Below are positions 40,601-52,600 of a DNA stretch of 64,000 bases, in pieces. The stretch spans positions 21,452,001 to 21,516,000 of the forward strand of contig OZ004611.1 in the NCBI GenBank assembly GCA_963924565.1. The letters run 5' to 3'. The DNA is from Ascidiella aspersa. Its lineage: Eukaryota. The number at the start of each line of letters is the position of its first letter. Position 1 is the stretch's first letter. Made by a program: the position numbers and the translations under genes. Below the pieces are notes generated by a model. The model saw only the letters and a list, made by a program, of their open reading frames with translations, did no database searches and was not told the origin of the DNA.

Positions 40601-43600
40601 CGAGACAACCACGTGACAAAACGCGTGAGCAAGATCGCCTTGTTAATCTTTACATTAACATCTCAAACAATACTTTCTAACACTTTTGTTGGTTTTAGTC
40701 TTGGTTGCGAACTGAAATTTAAATTGCTACTATACTTTTATTTTATGTAGTCGTAAATTACCTAAATGTATTGCTAGCAATAAATATCATTAAAACAAAG
40801 AACATGTTTGTCAACCATGATAAATACGTTACCAAACACTAAAGAAGCTAGATGTGCAGACATTATAACAAACCTTTTACAATGCTCCATGAAATTTTCA
40901 CAGACCTTGTTTCAATTGAGTCAATAGCAACATTGCTCGGAATTGCTGGTCCTAAATAGTAAATAACAAGTGTTAGAAAATAAAGAGGCAAGAAAATTGA
41001 ACTTACCTACTGAGAAATCCTTTGGGGTATTAGAAACTTATGGTAATCAAAACATTTCATCTATTTCAAAAAAGACTGTTTTTTATCGTTAATAACTTTA
41101 GAATTATTTTGAACTAATAAATAATTCAAATAGTTTAACAAACACGGTAGGTTTAACTCAGGAGTTGCTTGAATTACAACTCTCTTATTTTACCAGTTTT
41201 AAAAATAAGAAATTAGTAGGTTTAATTAATACACAAATTTTCACATGTCTGTGAAAATGAGTGACAGAAGTTTCTAGAACAAAGTTAAACACCATATAAA
41301 CCTTAGTACATTTATTTTATACACTTACTACTTTTGTATTGTCTGAAACCAATACTCACAGGGAAGCGCTTTCAGTTTACTAATCTCATCTGCTATAGTT
41401 AAAAGTGTTATTTGTAAGATGCTAGTGTTACGTATTAGTTTAAACAGCGTGGTCCAACTGCAGTCCATGGTGGCATTTTTTTGAATAGGCAACAAAACGA
41501 CGTGTTACAACAGTTACATGGTAAACACTATTAGCAAGTTTTAGGTGTTATCTTCAACATCTACCCAGTGGTTCTGTGGGGCACGAGCAGTTCCCCACCT
41601 TTTTCAGCCTTCGGCTCAGTAAAAGTTATATAAATATGCCGCGGCACACTTGATTTAAAATGCACCTTTTAAGAAGTATAACTGGCTCATATTAGCCTGC
41701 TCTGTAAGGCAGTGGTTCTCAACCTTTTATGGCTTGCAGCACCCCTTAGAAATAATAAAAAGTAGCCTAAGTAAAATCACTAGAATGTCACAATAAACGG
41801 AACTAAAACAACACATATCAACTCTGCGCAACGTGGGAAGTTTTAAAGTTGGCAAAAATCACTATTCTTAAAAATTCTCAAAACTCTCTCGGCACCCTTG
41901 GGTATTATAAATGGCATCACGGATGAAAATCACTGCTGTAAGGCAAGATAATTATTATAATATATTCATTTAACTAACAGATAGTGCAGATTGAATTATC
42001 GAATGTTTGCCTCTTCTTGCCCAACCTATTGATTCTTTTTTGTAGAATGACCACAAAAAGTAGTCTCTAGAGCAGGGGTTACCAACCTGCGGTACGAGTA
42101 CCACTGGTGTTACGCGAAGTTTTTCAAGTTGGTACGCGAGTAGCTTTTGATTTTTTCACGAAAACCTGGATTTACAACTTTTATGTTTTGTTTTTGTGTT
42201 TTTTTACAAAAAAAAATCCCGAAGCCTATTCATTGTTACGCAACTATTTCTGCTGTTTCGCACAATTACGTTTCGTATGTCAACAAGGGACACATCTGTT
42301 GGTTTAAAAAGTTGCACAACGCTGTGGGACAGTAGGCGTTAATTATGTGAAATGATTGCTTTTGATAGATATCGTCTTCTGTTTTATATCTTAAGCTACA
42401 AATAACATTGAATAGCGAAAAAAATAGTTGTTTTACAATGGTGGGTCTTAACCGGGGGGCTCCAAGCAATTCTTGATTCGGCGCAAGCTCTACTCCAATA
42501 TTTAACTTTTTATAATGATTTTATCAGTTCCATGTTGCGTAAGTTATTAAATCTGCATGCTTATATGTTGTCCTATGCATAACATTAAAATTACACAGGT
42601 TTAGAAAAGTAATTGAAGAAAAATGTTCATAATTTTGCGATTTGCGAACTTTGAGGCTATGTTTTAATGTAATTTCTCGAATTTTGGGACAAAACTTGCT
42701 ATTTATTACGGGCCATTTGGAGTATGTTGTAGTCAGAACAGTAAGATATGGTTGAAGAAAAGTTAAGTTGTGCACCATGCCGCCCTCTCCACAAACTGTG
42801 TTTTGTCAATTTCAACAACGCAAGCTACAAATTACTTTTTGTGTGCATTACTAATTGGGAGGAACTCAGACATTTTGCAATTTATAGTGTCATTTGCGGT
42901 AAATAGCCTTTGCATTGTGTGTCTCACACCTTTTCAAACACGATTTATATTTTCATGCAATGTTTTATTTTTTCATGACTGTCAAAAAGCTCGATGCAAA
43001 CCAATATATCGAGCCCAAGCAACTTTTCTGTCTCTCCCAAATTAAAGTTTAGGCAATACAAACCAAATAAACGTTATTTTTTTCGCGATTCGGGCCACGA
43101 AGATTTAACTTTTCTATTTTCATGCTGTCTGATTGAAAGATATTTGAAAAACACCAAATTTATTTTAGTAATATTGTTTATTATCCAAGGGGGCGCAGGA
43201 AAATTACCAAAGGTGGGGGAAGGGAAGAAGTGGTACGCATGGCAGTACAGACCGTCCAAGTTTGTACGAGATCGTAAAAAGGTTGGGAACCACTGCTCTA
43301 GAGGCACACTATTGTGTCGCCGTACACAGTTTTAATACTATTTTAAAATCTGCATGCTATTTTTTATCTAGGGCGAAAAATTGCCCACGGGTGAATGTCA
43401 GTCAGACCACACTGAGTTAAAATGTATTAACGTTAAACACTTACCGCTGAAATTCCGCCGCGTAGAGTTTTGTTACCACGTCGCGATACGTAAGCTTTCG
43501 TTCAACATTCGTTCAACGCTGCAGTTGGTCGAATGGAATGTCCTTCAGTTGAACTGACTTGCCAAGCATAGTCAAGCCACAATACACACCCGTGCAATCG

Positions 43601-46600
43601 TGCGAGCATTTATTTGCGAGACACAAGTGCAGTTAGCGCGTGCGAAAGGTTATGCATGCAGCAGGTTTTAACGACTCATAGATGTATTTGAATGCGATTG
43701 TCGAAGTTTTTTTGTTATATGATAAAGGGTGATAAAATCTTCTAAACAACAGTAATAATTATTTTAAAACTTTTTGCTGCAATATCAAAAGTTTCCTAAA
43801 TAGTTTATTCAGCAGTTTTAACCAAATATTGCTGAGTTTTATAGTAGCTATGTTTACAGTTTTTATTTTCGGAATCAAGGCACTTATAATTTATACATCA
43901 AAACATATAGGCCTACTGGCATTGTTATTCTTGAAAGGCAGTTATTGCACTTGAACTAAATAAATAAGGTAAAATACTTTGCATTTATTGCACTTGCAAA
44001 TAAAGCATTTTAAATGATTTAAGGTACACTTTAACGTTTATATAGAAGATTATGCTGGTAATTTATATAATTTTTAGTTACTTCAGAAAAAAGTGTGAAG
44101 GGATATGGTTCTATATGTGCGTCAATATACTAACGCTGCGCAAAAGACATGATGTTATTGTCGTTACAGAAAAAAGTGTGTGCGATAGTTTAAGGTCGAT
44201 AATAATGACATTCCGGCACGTTTTATTACATGTGAAGCATATACTAAAAAACACTGTAAACATGGGCAAGAAATGAAGAATTAATATTATTGCACATGAA
44301 CAACACAGTTTAAAACAAAAAGGTGCACAAACGTGAATATTATAATTAACAATCACCGTCGTGCATAAATTATACAATGTACACCCGCCACCACCATTCA
44401 CCGTCATTCATGAACCACGTCACGCCGTGACCTTGTCACGAGACTCACGAGTCGTTTCACGAACGCTGGCCCCGTCAGCATTCATCTGGTCCTGCTCTCC
44501 AACTGAGAAAACTACGATGTCGTACGTTACACCGGGAAGCAGTGACGTCACGGTGTACGCATTGGTATCGGCGACGAATTCGAGGTCGTCGTCAAGGTCA
44601 GGTGAGGTCACAGTCAAGTGGTACGATTTGACCCCTACAAGTTATTTTTGTTTCGACTATTTACTATATGCTATTTAAAGTTAGTTCGGAAAACTACAAC
44701 TAGTAAACAAATTAACTAATAAATACTATTTTAAATGGGCGGTGTGGTGTTTTGTTTAATTTTCAAATTAACTAAATCATAAATTTAATACAAACTTAAT
44801 CAAAGTATTGTTGTCTCAGCTGAACCTGATAAAAACATGCTAATTAAGTGAGATTTTAAACTAACGCCCTTCAGTGGTCAATGTGATATTACATTAATAT
44901 TAAGTACGCAGTCCCTGAGTTACATACAGTGGAAACTGTTTATGTCGCACCTCAACTAAATATTTGTCTAACGCACAAAGTATCTTAAACATTTACCTTT
45001 GACTTCATTCCAGCTAAGCGAAATGCTGGAAACAGTCACTTCGGTTACGGTAAGCGACGCAGGTGTAGCAGGAACTGCAATGCACAGAGCATTATTATAA
45101 GTCCAAATTGTTGTCAGCCTATAGCTCTATAGATTTAGCTTCTGTTCGACTCGCATAATCATAGCGATAAAGTAATAAAAACTTACAATTGCATTGAGTA
45201 ATTAACTTCAGGTAAAGCACTACTTATTTTTGTAGGCACCCATGCGTTTATACGTACCAGTGTGCCGAATATTCCCCATTTCGGTTATCTAAGGAAGTTA
45301 CCAACGCGCATATTAACAGAGGCTCGTTTAATAAAGATCCCTTAAGAAAAACGGCTAAACCAAAATGGTAGGCTCTTCTCTCCGTAGAACCAGAACCATA
45401 AACCCATCCGAGTTTGGCAAAACTAAGCAAGGATTTCCCTTGTTTTTTCCGTGTTATAAACGGAAACAAAGCACATAAATAGGTTTTAAACAGGCTTAAA
45501 TCAAAGTGCTTTGGTAAAGAGACCAAAGCGAAATCGTTGGAAATGTGGTTATTTTAAACCATTAGGCAATTTTTACGACATAGAGAACATATAAGCCGTG
45601 TCCATAAATAACAACTGTTGAAGCCACATTTTACCTGTTTGAGCGGTTACGGTCGTACTGTCGTCTTCGTTTCGACGTCCGCCCACCCCGACCGTGGTAA
45701 CGGCAAAGTTGTACCAAACACCGGGCATCAGATTCTCAATGTTGGTCGAAGTTACACTCACAACTTCGGTTGTAGACGAAATTGTGGAAAGGTCAGTGGT
45801 TAAGACGGAGTAGCTCTCGGCGCCTGAGTAATAATGCAAGTTGCGCATTATTAGGACAGTTTGCATTGTAAGACGTAAAGCTATTACCGAAACGTAGAGA
45901 ACAACATCAATTTATAAAAATCAGTAGTTGAGTAAATATAGTGAAAAATCGACAGCGTTATTGATACGAATAACTATATGTTTCGTTAAAAAATTGTTTG
46001 ATGAACTTACCCTTAACAGCGGACCAACGCAGGGCGACCTCTGTGGTGGATACGCTGTCAATATTAACCTCAGCTGGAGCGCTTGGCACTGAAACAACAA
46101 CAGATGGAAGTTTCTTTACCGGTGTCAAACTGGTTAATTTCATTATCATTTAAATGTTCTGATTTTTTTATTCAAAAAAATAATAATAAGAGTTTAATGC
46201 TTGAACCGCAAAATACGTAGGTGTTGTTGTTTATCAATCCTGTTTATTTTTCACAATAAAAGCTAAACAAAACAGTATTAAAAGCAATACCTACAGCAGT
46301 GAACACCTTCGAGTTTAAAAAATAAAAATAAAATAAAAAATAAATAATAACGAACGAGTTTCACTATAAGAACAACTGAAAAACTCACATTTTTTTACAA
46401 AAAACACACGTTTCAACATAATAAGTTTTGTTTGCGTGTTTCCGTTCACTAACGCCGTAAATTAAGAGACTGTATAAGTGTATAGGCAGTGTTTTGAGGT
46501 ACAAAAAATACTAATGTAACAAACAGAGTCAATAAAACTCTAGTGTAACTTACGAGTGGTTTCGCGTATTTCCTGTGACGTCACGCCTGCGAGATCGTCG

Positions 46601-49600
46601 CCGCCGAACGGCTGCACGACCACCACATACTCCGTTCCAGATTCCAAGTCGGACAGCGTCACCGTGACGTCATCGGTGATGTGAGCCGGTTCGGTGAGCT
46701 TGGACACAAGAACGCCGTCGCCAAAGGTAACCACATAATATGAGGCTCCTTAATTAATATAAAGTTGAAAACAAGTTACAGTATGTCTAATGCGCGTGTG
46801 TTAAATATATCAGTTTACTCCAGAGGTTCTCAACCGGGCTGGAATCCCTCTAAGCAGGAATTTTTTTTGTAGTTTAAAAAGGGAATTAGGCCGAAAAATC
46901 ATATTTAGTTAAGGTTGAAATTTATTATTGATGCATGGTATGAGCAGAGCCCACTACAAAATCTGAACTGTACAGGTCTTTTTTGCATACGAGATTACAT
47001 TTTAACTGAAGTGTACAGTTCCCCATATAGTTACGTCAAAATGTGCTGCTCAGTCTGCTATCTGTATTTACTACATATTTACTCTGACTGCAGATATTGT
47101 TTTTTTTAAGCAGATGACTAATGATTTGGTACTGATATAGCGGCTGAAAAGCTTGAGATTTTAAAGAGGTGATAAACTTTCTTTGTATATTGTTAAAATT
47201 ACAGGTGCTGTTTTTCCCGCGAAATTTAGTTTGAAAAGCGGTTAAATGGGTCCACGGGATGGAAAAAAGTTGAGAACCATTGGTAACTTGGTAACTAGCA
47301 TAGGTAGCATGCTTTTTGAAAAAAAATATGTTGGCTGTTATTTGTTTTATTTGCTATTTGTTGGTTTAGATTTGATGCAAATCAAAACTTACCGACGGAG
47401 CTGGTCCAGATCACATCGAACGACGTGTTGCCCACCGATGAAGCAGAGAGGCTGGTGGGCGCTGCAGGACCTGAAAAATATGTGAAGGGTTAATAGGAAT
47501 GTCCAAAAATTAACCAAATGACATTTACCTTGAAATATTCTGCACGTACGGTATATTTAACGCATACGTTTTAGGGCTGACTTTTCAGATTCATGCTTTA
47601 ACATCGCAGCGAATCACTTTTAATAGTTCAGAGTTCGTCATAAAAACCGAACTCATTTCAAACTGTTACTGTACCAAAGTTGTAGCAGCCTGATAGGAGG
47701 TTGAATTGTATTTTTTTAGCAAAGGACTTACCATTTGTGTTTTAGGTTTTATTTTTTATAAGTAAATATAATGTTTTGTGCAAATTCGTAAAACTCGTTC
47801 TATTTTGGTGCATTATTAAAATATGTCATAAAATGTAAAACGTCACAGGAAAACCAGTACCGATTCTGGGAAGCACCGTGTGCGTACATTTTAAACAAAA
47901 ATTATGTTTAGGCATAAGTTTACCCATATGCTTGAAATTCTTACAGTGATCAACACTGTGGTGCTGTAGCAAACTTCATTTTCAAAATTTAGCATACGAG
48001 TTTAAAACGAATATAAGACAAACGAATGTTGCCCGGTCGGTTTTCAAAGCCCAAACTTACGCGTTTGCTGCGCTACATCGCTGCTTTCGCCGATCTGACC
48101 ACGTGACCCGATCGACGCGACGGCGAAGCGATAGAATACGCCCGAGTCCAAACCCGACACATCGATTGTGTTGGCCTGCGTGGTATCTGACCGCTGTAGG
48201 TCCTCGTCGACGTAGACGTCTATATGGTAACCGGTCGAACCTGTAAACGTCAATGAAATTGAAAATTGGTTCGGTTCGTGGTTGCCAATCAAATTACCCC
48301 TTCTAATAATTAAGGGTACCCAGAGATAATTTTAATTGTTAATAATTGCTTTTTTTCCACTAATAATATTTCGGTAAGTTTCCTGTTACTTTTTTTTGGG
48401 CGAAAAGACTGCAAAATATTTATAAAAAAATTTCCCTTTTCTTTTTTTGCACTTTTGTACGTTATACACTTTAATTTATTGTGACATGGCAATAATCGTC
48501 TTAACGATGCTCGTAAGGCAGTTAATTATATTTTGTAATGCTGCAGTGAACCAAAAAAACAATACTGACAAGCGTAAGTAAAATAAGAAAACCGTAAAAA
48601 ATAATTCGCGCATTTTTGCATTCATTTTCGTATATCTTTAGAAAAACTAAGAAATTGTCGTTAAGTCTGATATGGGTGATTAAAAATTGTACGCAAAAAA
48701 ATTGGGTTATTTTTCCTTTGTGTACAATTTCTTCTATGTATTTCTCAACATGGTTAAAACCAACTTTAGAAATAAGAAGTAAATTTAGAAACAAGGGCAA
48801 GGCAAGGGATGTTGTTTAAACTTGGCTGGTTTTCTTTATAGCCTACAGATGCCTTATAAGTTTACACAAGTTATCTTGTCGTACCTTTGGTTTCTGTCCA
48901 GTCTAAAGAAACCGAAGTCGTGGTGATTTCCGTTACTTTCACATCGGTCGGTGTGATTGGGACTAGAAACAAGTAACAGTTTTACTCATACATGCGAATG
49001 GTTTGCCATTTTAATGTCAAAAGTGAGGAGTTTCGAGAAATGCACTGTTGATATTCGTGTGTCAAGGTTTAAAATTGCATAAATGGAATTCTACAAGTCT
49101 ATGCATTTGATGCACAATGTGACTAAAATAAAATCATTAAGAATACCAAAATTATGTTGACATTAGATATAAACTAATTCTCAGTAATATTCAGCTAAGA
49201 CGCTAAAAAAATGATATTATTTCATACTTAAGGTGTAAAATGTTGTCTTTATTACAAAACCAAAATGTAAAACTTTAGTTTTAATGCAAAGTAATATTGT
49301 CATTCTGGTCATGTTGATTGTTATTATAAAAAAATTAAAAAAGGGGAGTGATACGCTTTAAAGTGTGACGTCATTACTTAACTTCCGTTTAACAATTTCA
49401 CCTTACATCCAAACTGTTTTTTAAGAAATCGACGCCAGTTGGTCACAAGTTTACACTCACGCGTCGTTTCACGAATCTCGGGAGACGTGATGCCCGTGAG
49501 ATTGTCACGGCCGATCGCTGTCACGCTAACACGATACTCCGTCCCGGGTACCAAGTTGTTGATCGTGAACGCCAGGTCACTAGTCGTGAAAGAATACTGG

Positions 49601-52600
49601 TCGGCTGTGACGTCATTGTCGTCGGTGCTCAGATTGATGACGTAAGAAACAGCTCCTAAAATAAAAAAGGTTTAATTATCTTGCAAAGTGAATAATTCCA
49701 TTTATTATAAGCTAAGAACTTTCAACTTGTGATTTAGTAAGTTTCACAAGTCAGATTATGTAGCAGTAAGTAAAATTTACCATTTGATTCCAACCACGAA
49801 ATCTGCAGTGACGTTTTGGTGACGTCATCAACCTTGAGATTTTCCGGCGCCGGCGGGTCTGTAAGAGAAAAAACAGTAAAATGAAAAGTGTTTGTTTACT
49901 GCAATTAAAACTGAAAACCAGAAAAAAATTAGATGGAGAAAATTTATAACGTTAAACAGTTCTTTTTAGTGAATAGCTAGATCTGAAATAAAATGAGGTT
50001 TACTTAAAACATGGGTGGCGTGAGGGGTTAAGGTTCGAAATTAACTCAAACAAACTATCGACACTTTAAGATATCTTACTTGTTTGTTGCGTTGCCAAGA
50101 CGGCTGATACGTCACTCCGGCGTCCCTGTTCGCCAATTGTGACGACACTAAAGTCGTAGAGGTCACCCGGGGTCAAGCCACTGACAAGGACGGAATTGGT
50201 GGAGCTGCGTTCGACTCTTACCATTTCGCCGCCTTTGAGAACGTTGACTTCGTAAGCAGTAAAGCCTGTAATATTATAATTATTTAGAAATTAGTTGAAT
50301 GATTCTAAAAAATAATTGCAAGGAATGCTTTTCTTTGAAACGAATTACATGTTAAAGAAGTTTTTTTGTACGTTTTTCTTAGATTATTGGGGAAACTTTT
50401 GGGAGTCTCGGTGAGAAAACATTAAAACAACAGTACAATATATATTAGGTATTGGAAATAACATCCCCCAAAATTGTAATTTACAAGGAATGACATCACT
50501 TAAAAAATAATATGAATTTGAGTTTCATCACTAAGTAAGCTGCTTCTGAGATTGCTTTAATTTTTTTTTAATTCAACCAATATAGGCATTAAAATTGAAA
50601 CGACAACGGAAGATGCGAAACCTAGCTAACAAAGCATAACCAACCTGTGACTTGGTTCCACTGAAGTCCGACTGACGTGGAAGTAACTGACGTCACGCTC
50701 ATTGAGTTGGGGGCAAGCGGGACTGTCGAATATAAGCCAATGAATTGCTCGTTTTATAAACTAGTGTATATAACTTCTAGCCGTCAACAATAAAAAAATG
50801 AGCATTGAATTGTCAAAAAAACAAGAATAAATAACTATGGTAGCGCTTACGGAAAAGTTCTATATAACAACGAAAAAAAAATACGAAAAAAAATATAATA
50901 ATAGTCCTATTTTTAATAACTTACTCTATTGTCAGATTCCAGTTCGTTATTTGTCAAATATGATGTTTTACGAAATTAGCTTTTTATACATTCCCAGTTA
51001 AGATTGCCGAAATTTTGTACGACTTCAAAGTTGTATAAAGTCAAAAAACAGATATATTGCGAAAAAACAACGTCGACCGTGCCTCAGAATTATGTACGAA
51101 ATCGCTTATACCTGTCTGTACTTCGACCATTTCAGCGGTAGCTCCCGAGCTCGTGAGTGCATCACGGGCCAGCGCCTTCACCGTGAAGCTGTACGTGATG
51201 CCGGGCTCGACGTCATCAATCACGTATGAAGTGTCGGTTGTCTCGATGAGGCTCATTGGTACGACCGAGTTTTTTTCATTTCTAGATCTTTCGATGCGGT
51301 ATCCCGAAGCGCCTGTTTAAAATTAAATCCGTTAGAGAAAAATCATTGGTGACTGTTTGTTATAAATGTCGGATTGTTGAAAAACGCTTTGTCCAAAGTA
51401 GGGATGTTTAAAGTGCAATATCGGATCCTTCTGCTTCGATTGACACTTGTTAAGAATGTTAAACATTTGGGAAAATAGTTTTATTACAATATACACATGT
51501 TAGCAAATTAGTTTGCAATTTATTGCTGTGACTGTGGGCCGGTGGGGTATATTAAGATTAATCCCTCCCCCCCAAACAAAATCGAGGTAAAATAATTTAA
51601 AAAAATATACTAGTTCTACTTTGAATATAGTATTTTGTCCACTGTTAGAATTTGCTGTATAAATGCGTATTGCAGCAAGAAGCTTGTTCAACTTACCGTT
51701 TACTTCGTCCCAGGAAAGTTCAATCGAGTTTGTCGTGACATCACCAACCTGGAAGTTTTGGGGAATTCCGGGAACTGAAAAGTAAAATTCGTCAATAAGG
51801 AAAACAAGCTACAAATTTTGAATTGTTAAGTCGCTATATAACACTAGTAAATCCGTTAAGTAAACAAATTTTACAACTTCAGAAAGTACTCAAATTTGCG
51901 ACTTCGAGTAAGTAATATTGCCTAGTCCGCCGTGAGTCCAAAAATAATTATAAGAACGTTATAGCAGATTTACACCCTTGCCACTAAATTGGTTAAAACA
52001 CTTGCCGAAACATTTAAGTATAGCATTGAAACCGCTATTTAGGTGCCTACCCTGCGTTTCAATTTATATAAACGCATAGAATTATGATTGGCAACATGGC
52101 ATTATAGTCAATAATGTTACAATGAGGTAAGTGGTGGTCATGTGTATCAGAAATTAGTGTCTAACGGTTGTATTTAACATTTATTCTAATATAGGTCTGT
52201 ATAAATTGAAACGCAGCTTACATCTTGTTGTTATTGTTTACGACTATAACCGTTCGTATTACGTCGTAATTTCCCAAAAGTGATATAATGCTTACTGCGT
52301 AAAAGGAAATTACTTTGCATTAAAATTATGAGCTCGAAATACCAAGCTAAATGCGAAAATAATAGTTAACACTTCTGGGTATACAAGCTGAAAAGCGTCC
52401 AACTAAAGATTCCAAAATAGCGGGCACATTATTGTGTTCGTGACAAAGTGTTACCTGTTTGTCGAGTTGCTGTGAAACTTTCGGCCATGTTCACTCTGTC
52501 CCTCGTCCCCACCGAGAAGACCTCGAACCGATAAAACTCTCCCGATTGCAGACCCTGGATCGTGACGTCAGAAACGGGTGACGTCACGTCGCTCATGACG

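Noticed and set aside
40952-44448. Boundary between two separate genes
   Set aside because: Exon 44449-44634 ends in a normal phase-1 donor with no stop and joins exon 40874-40951 in frame (C|GA); no terminal exon was seen.
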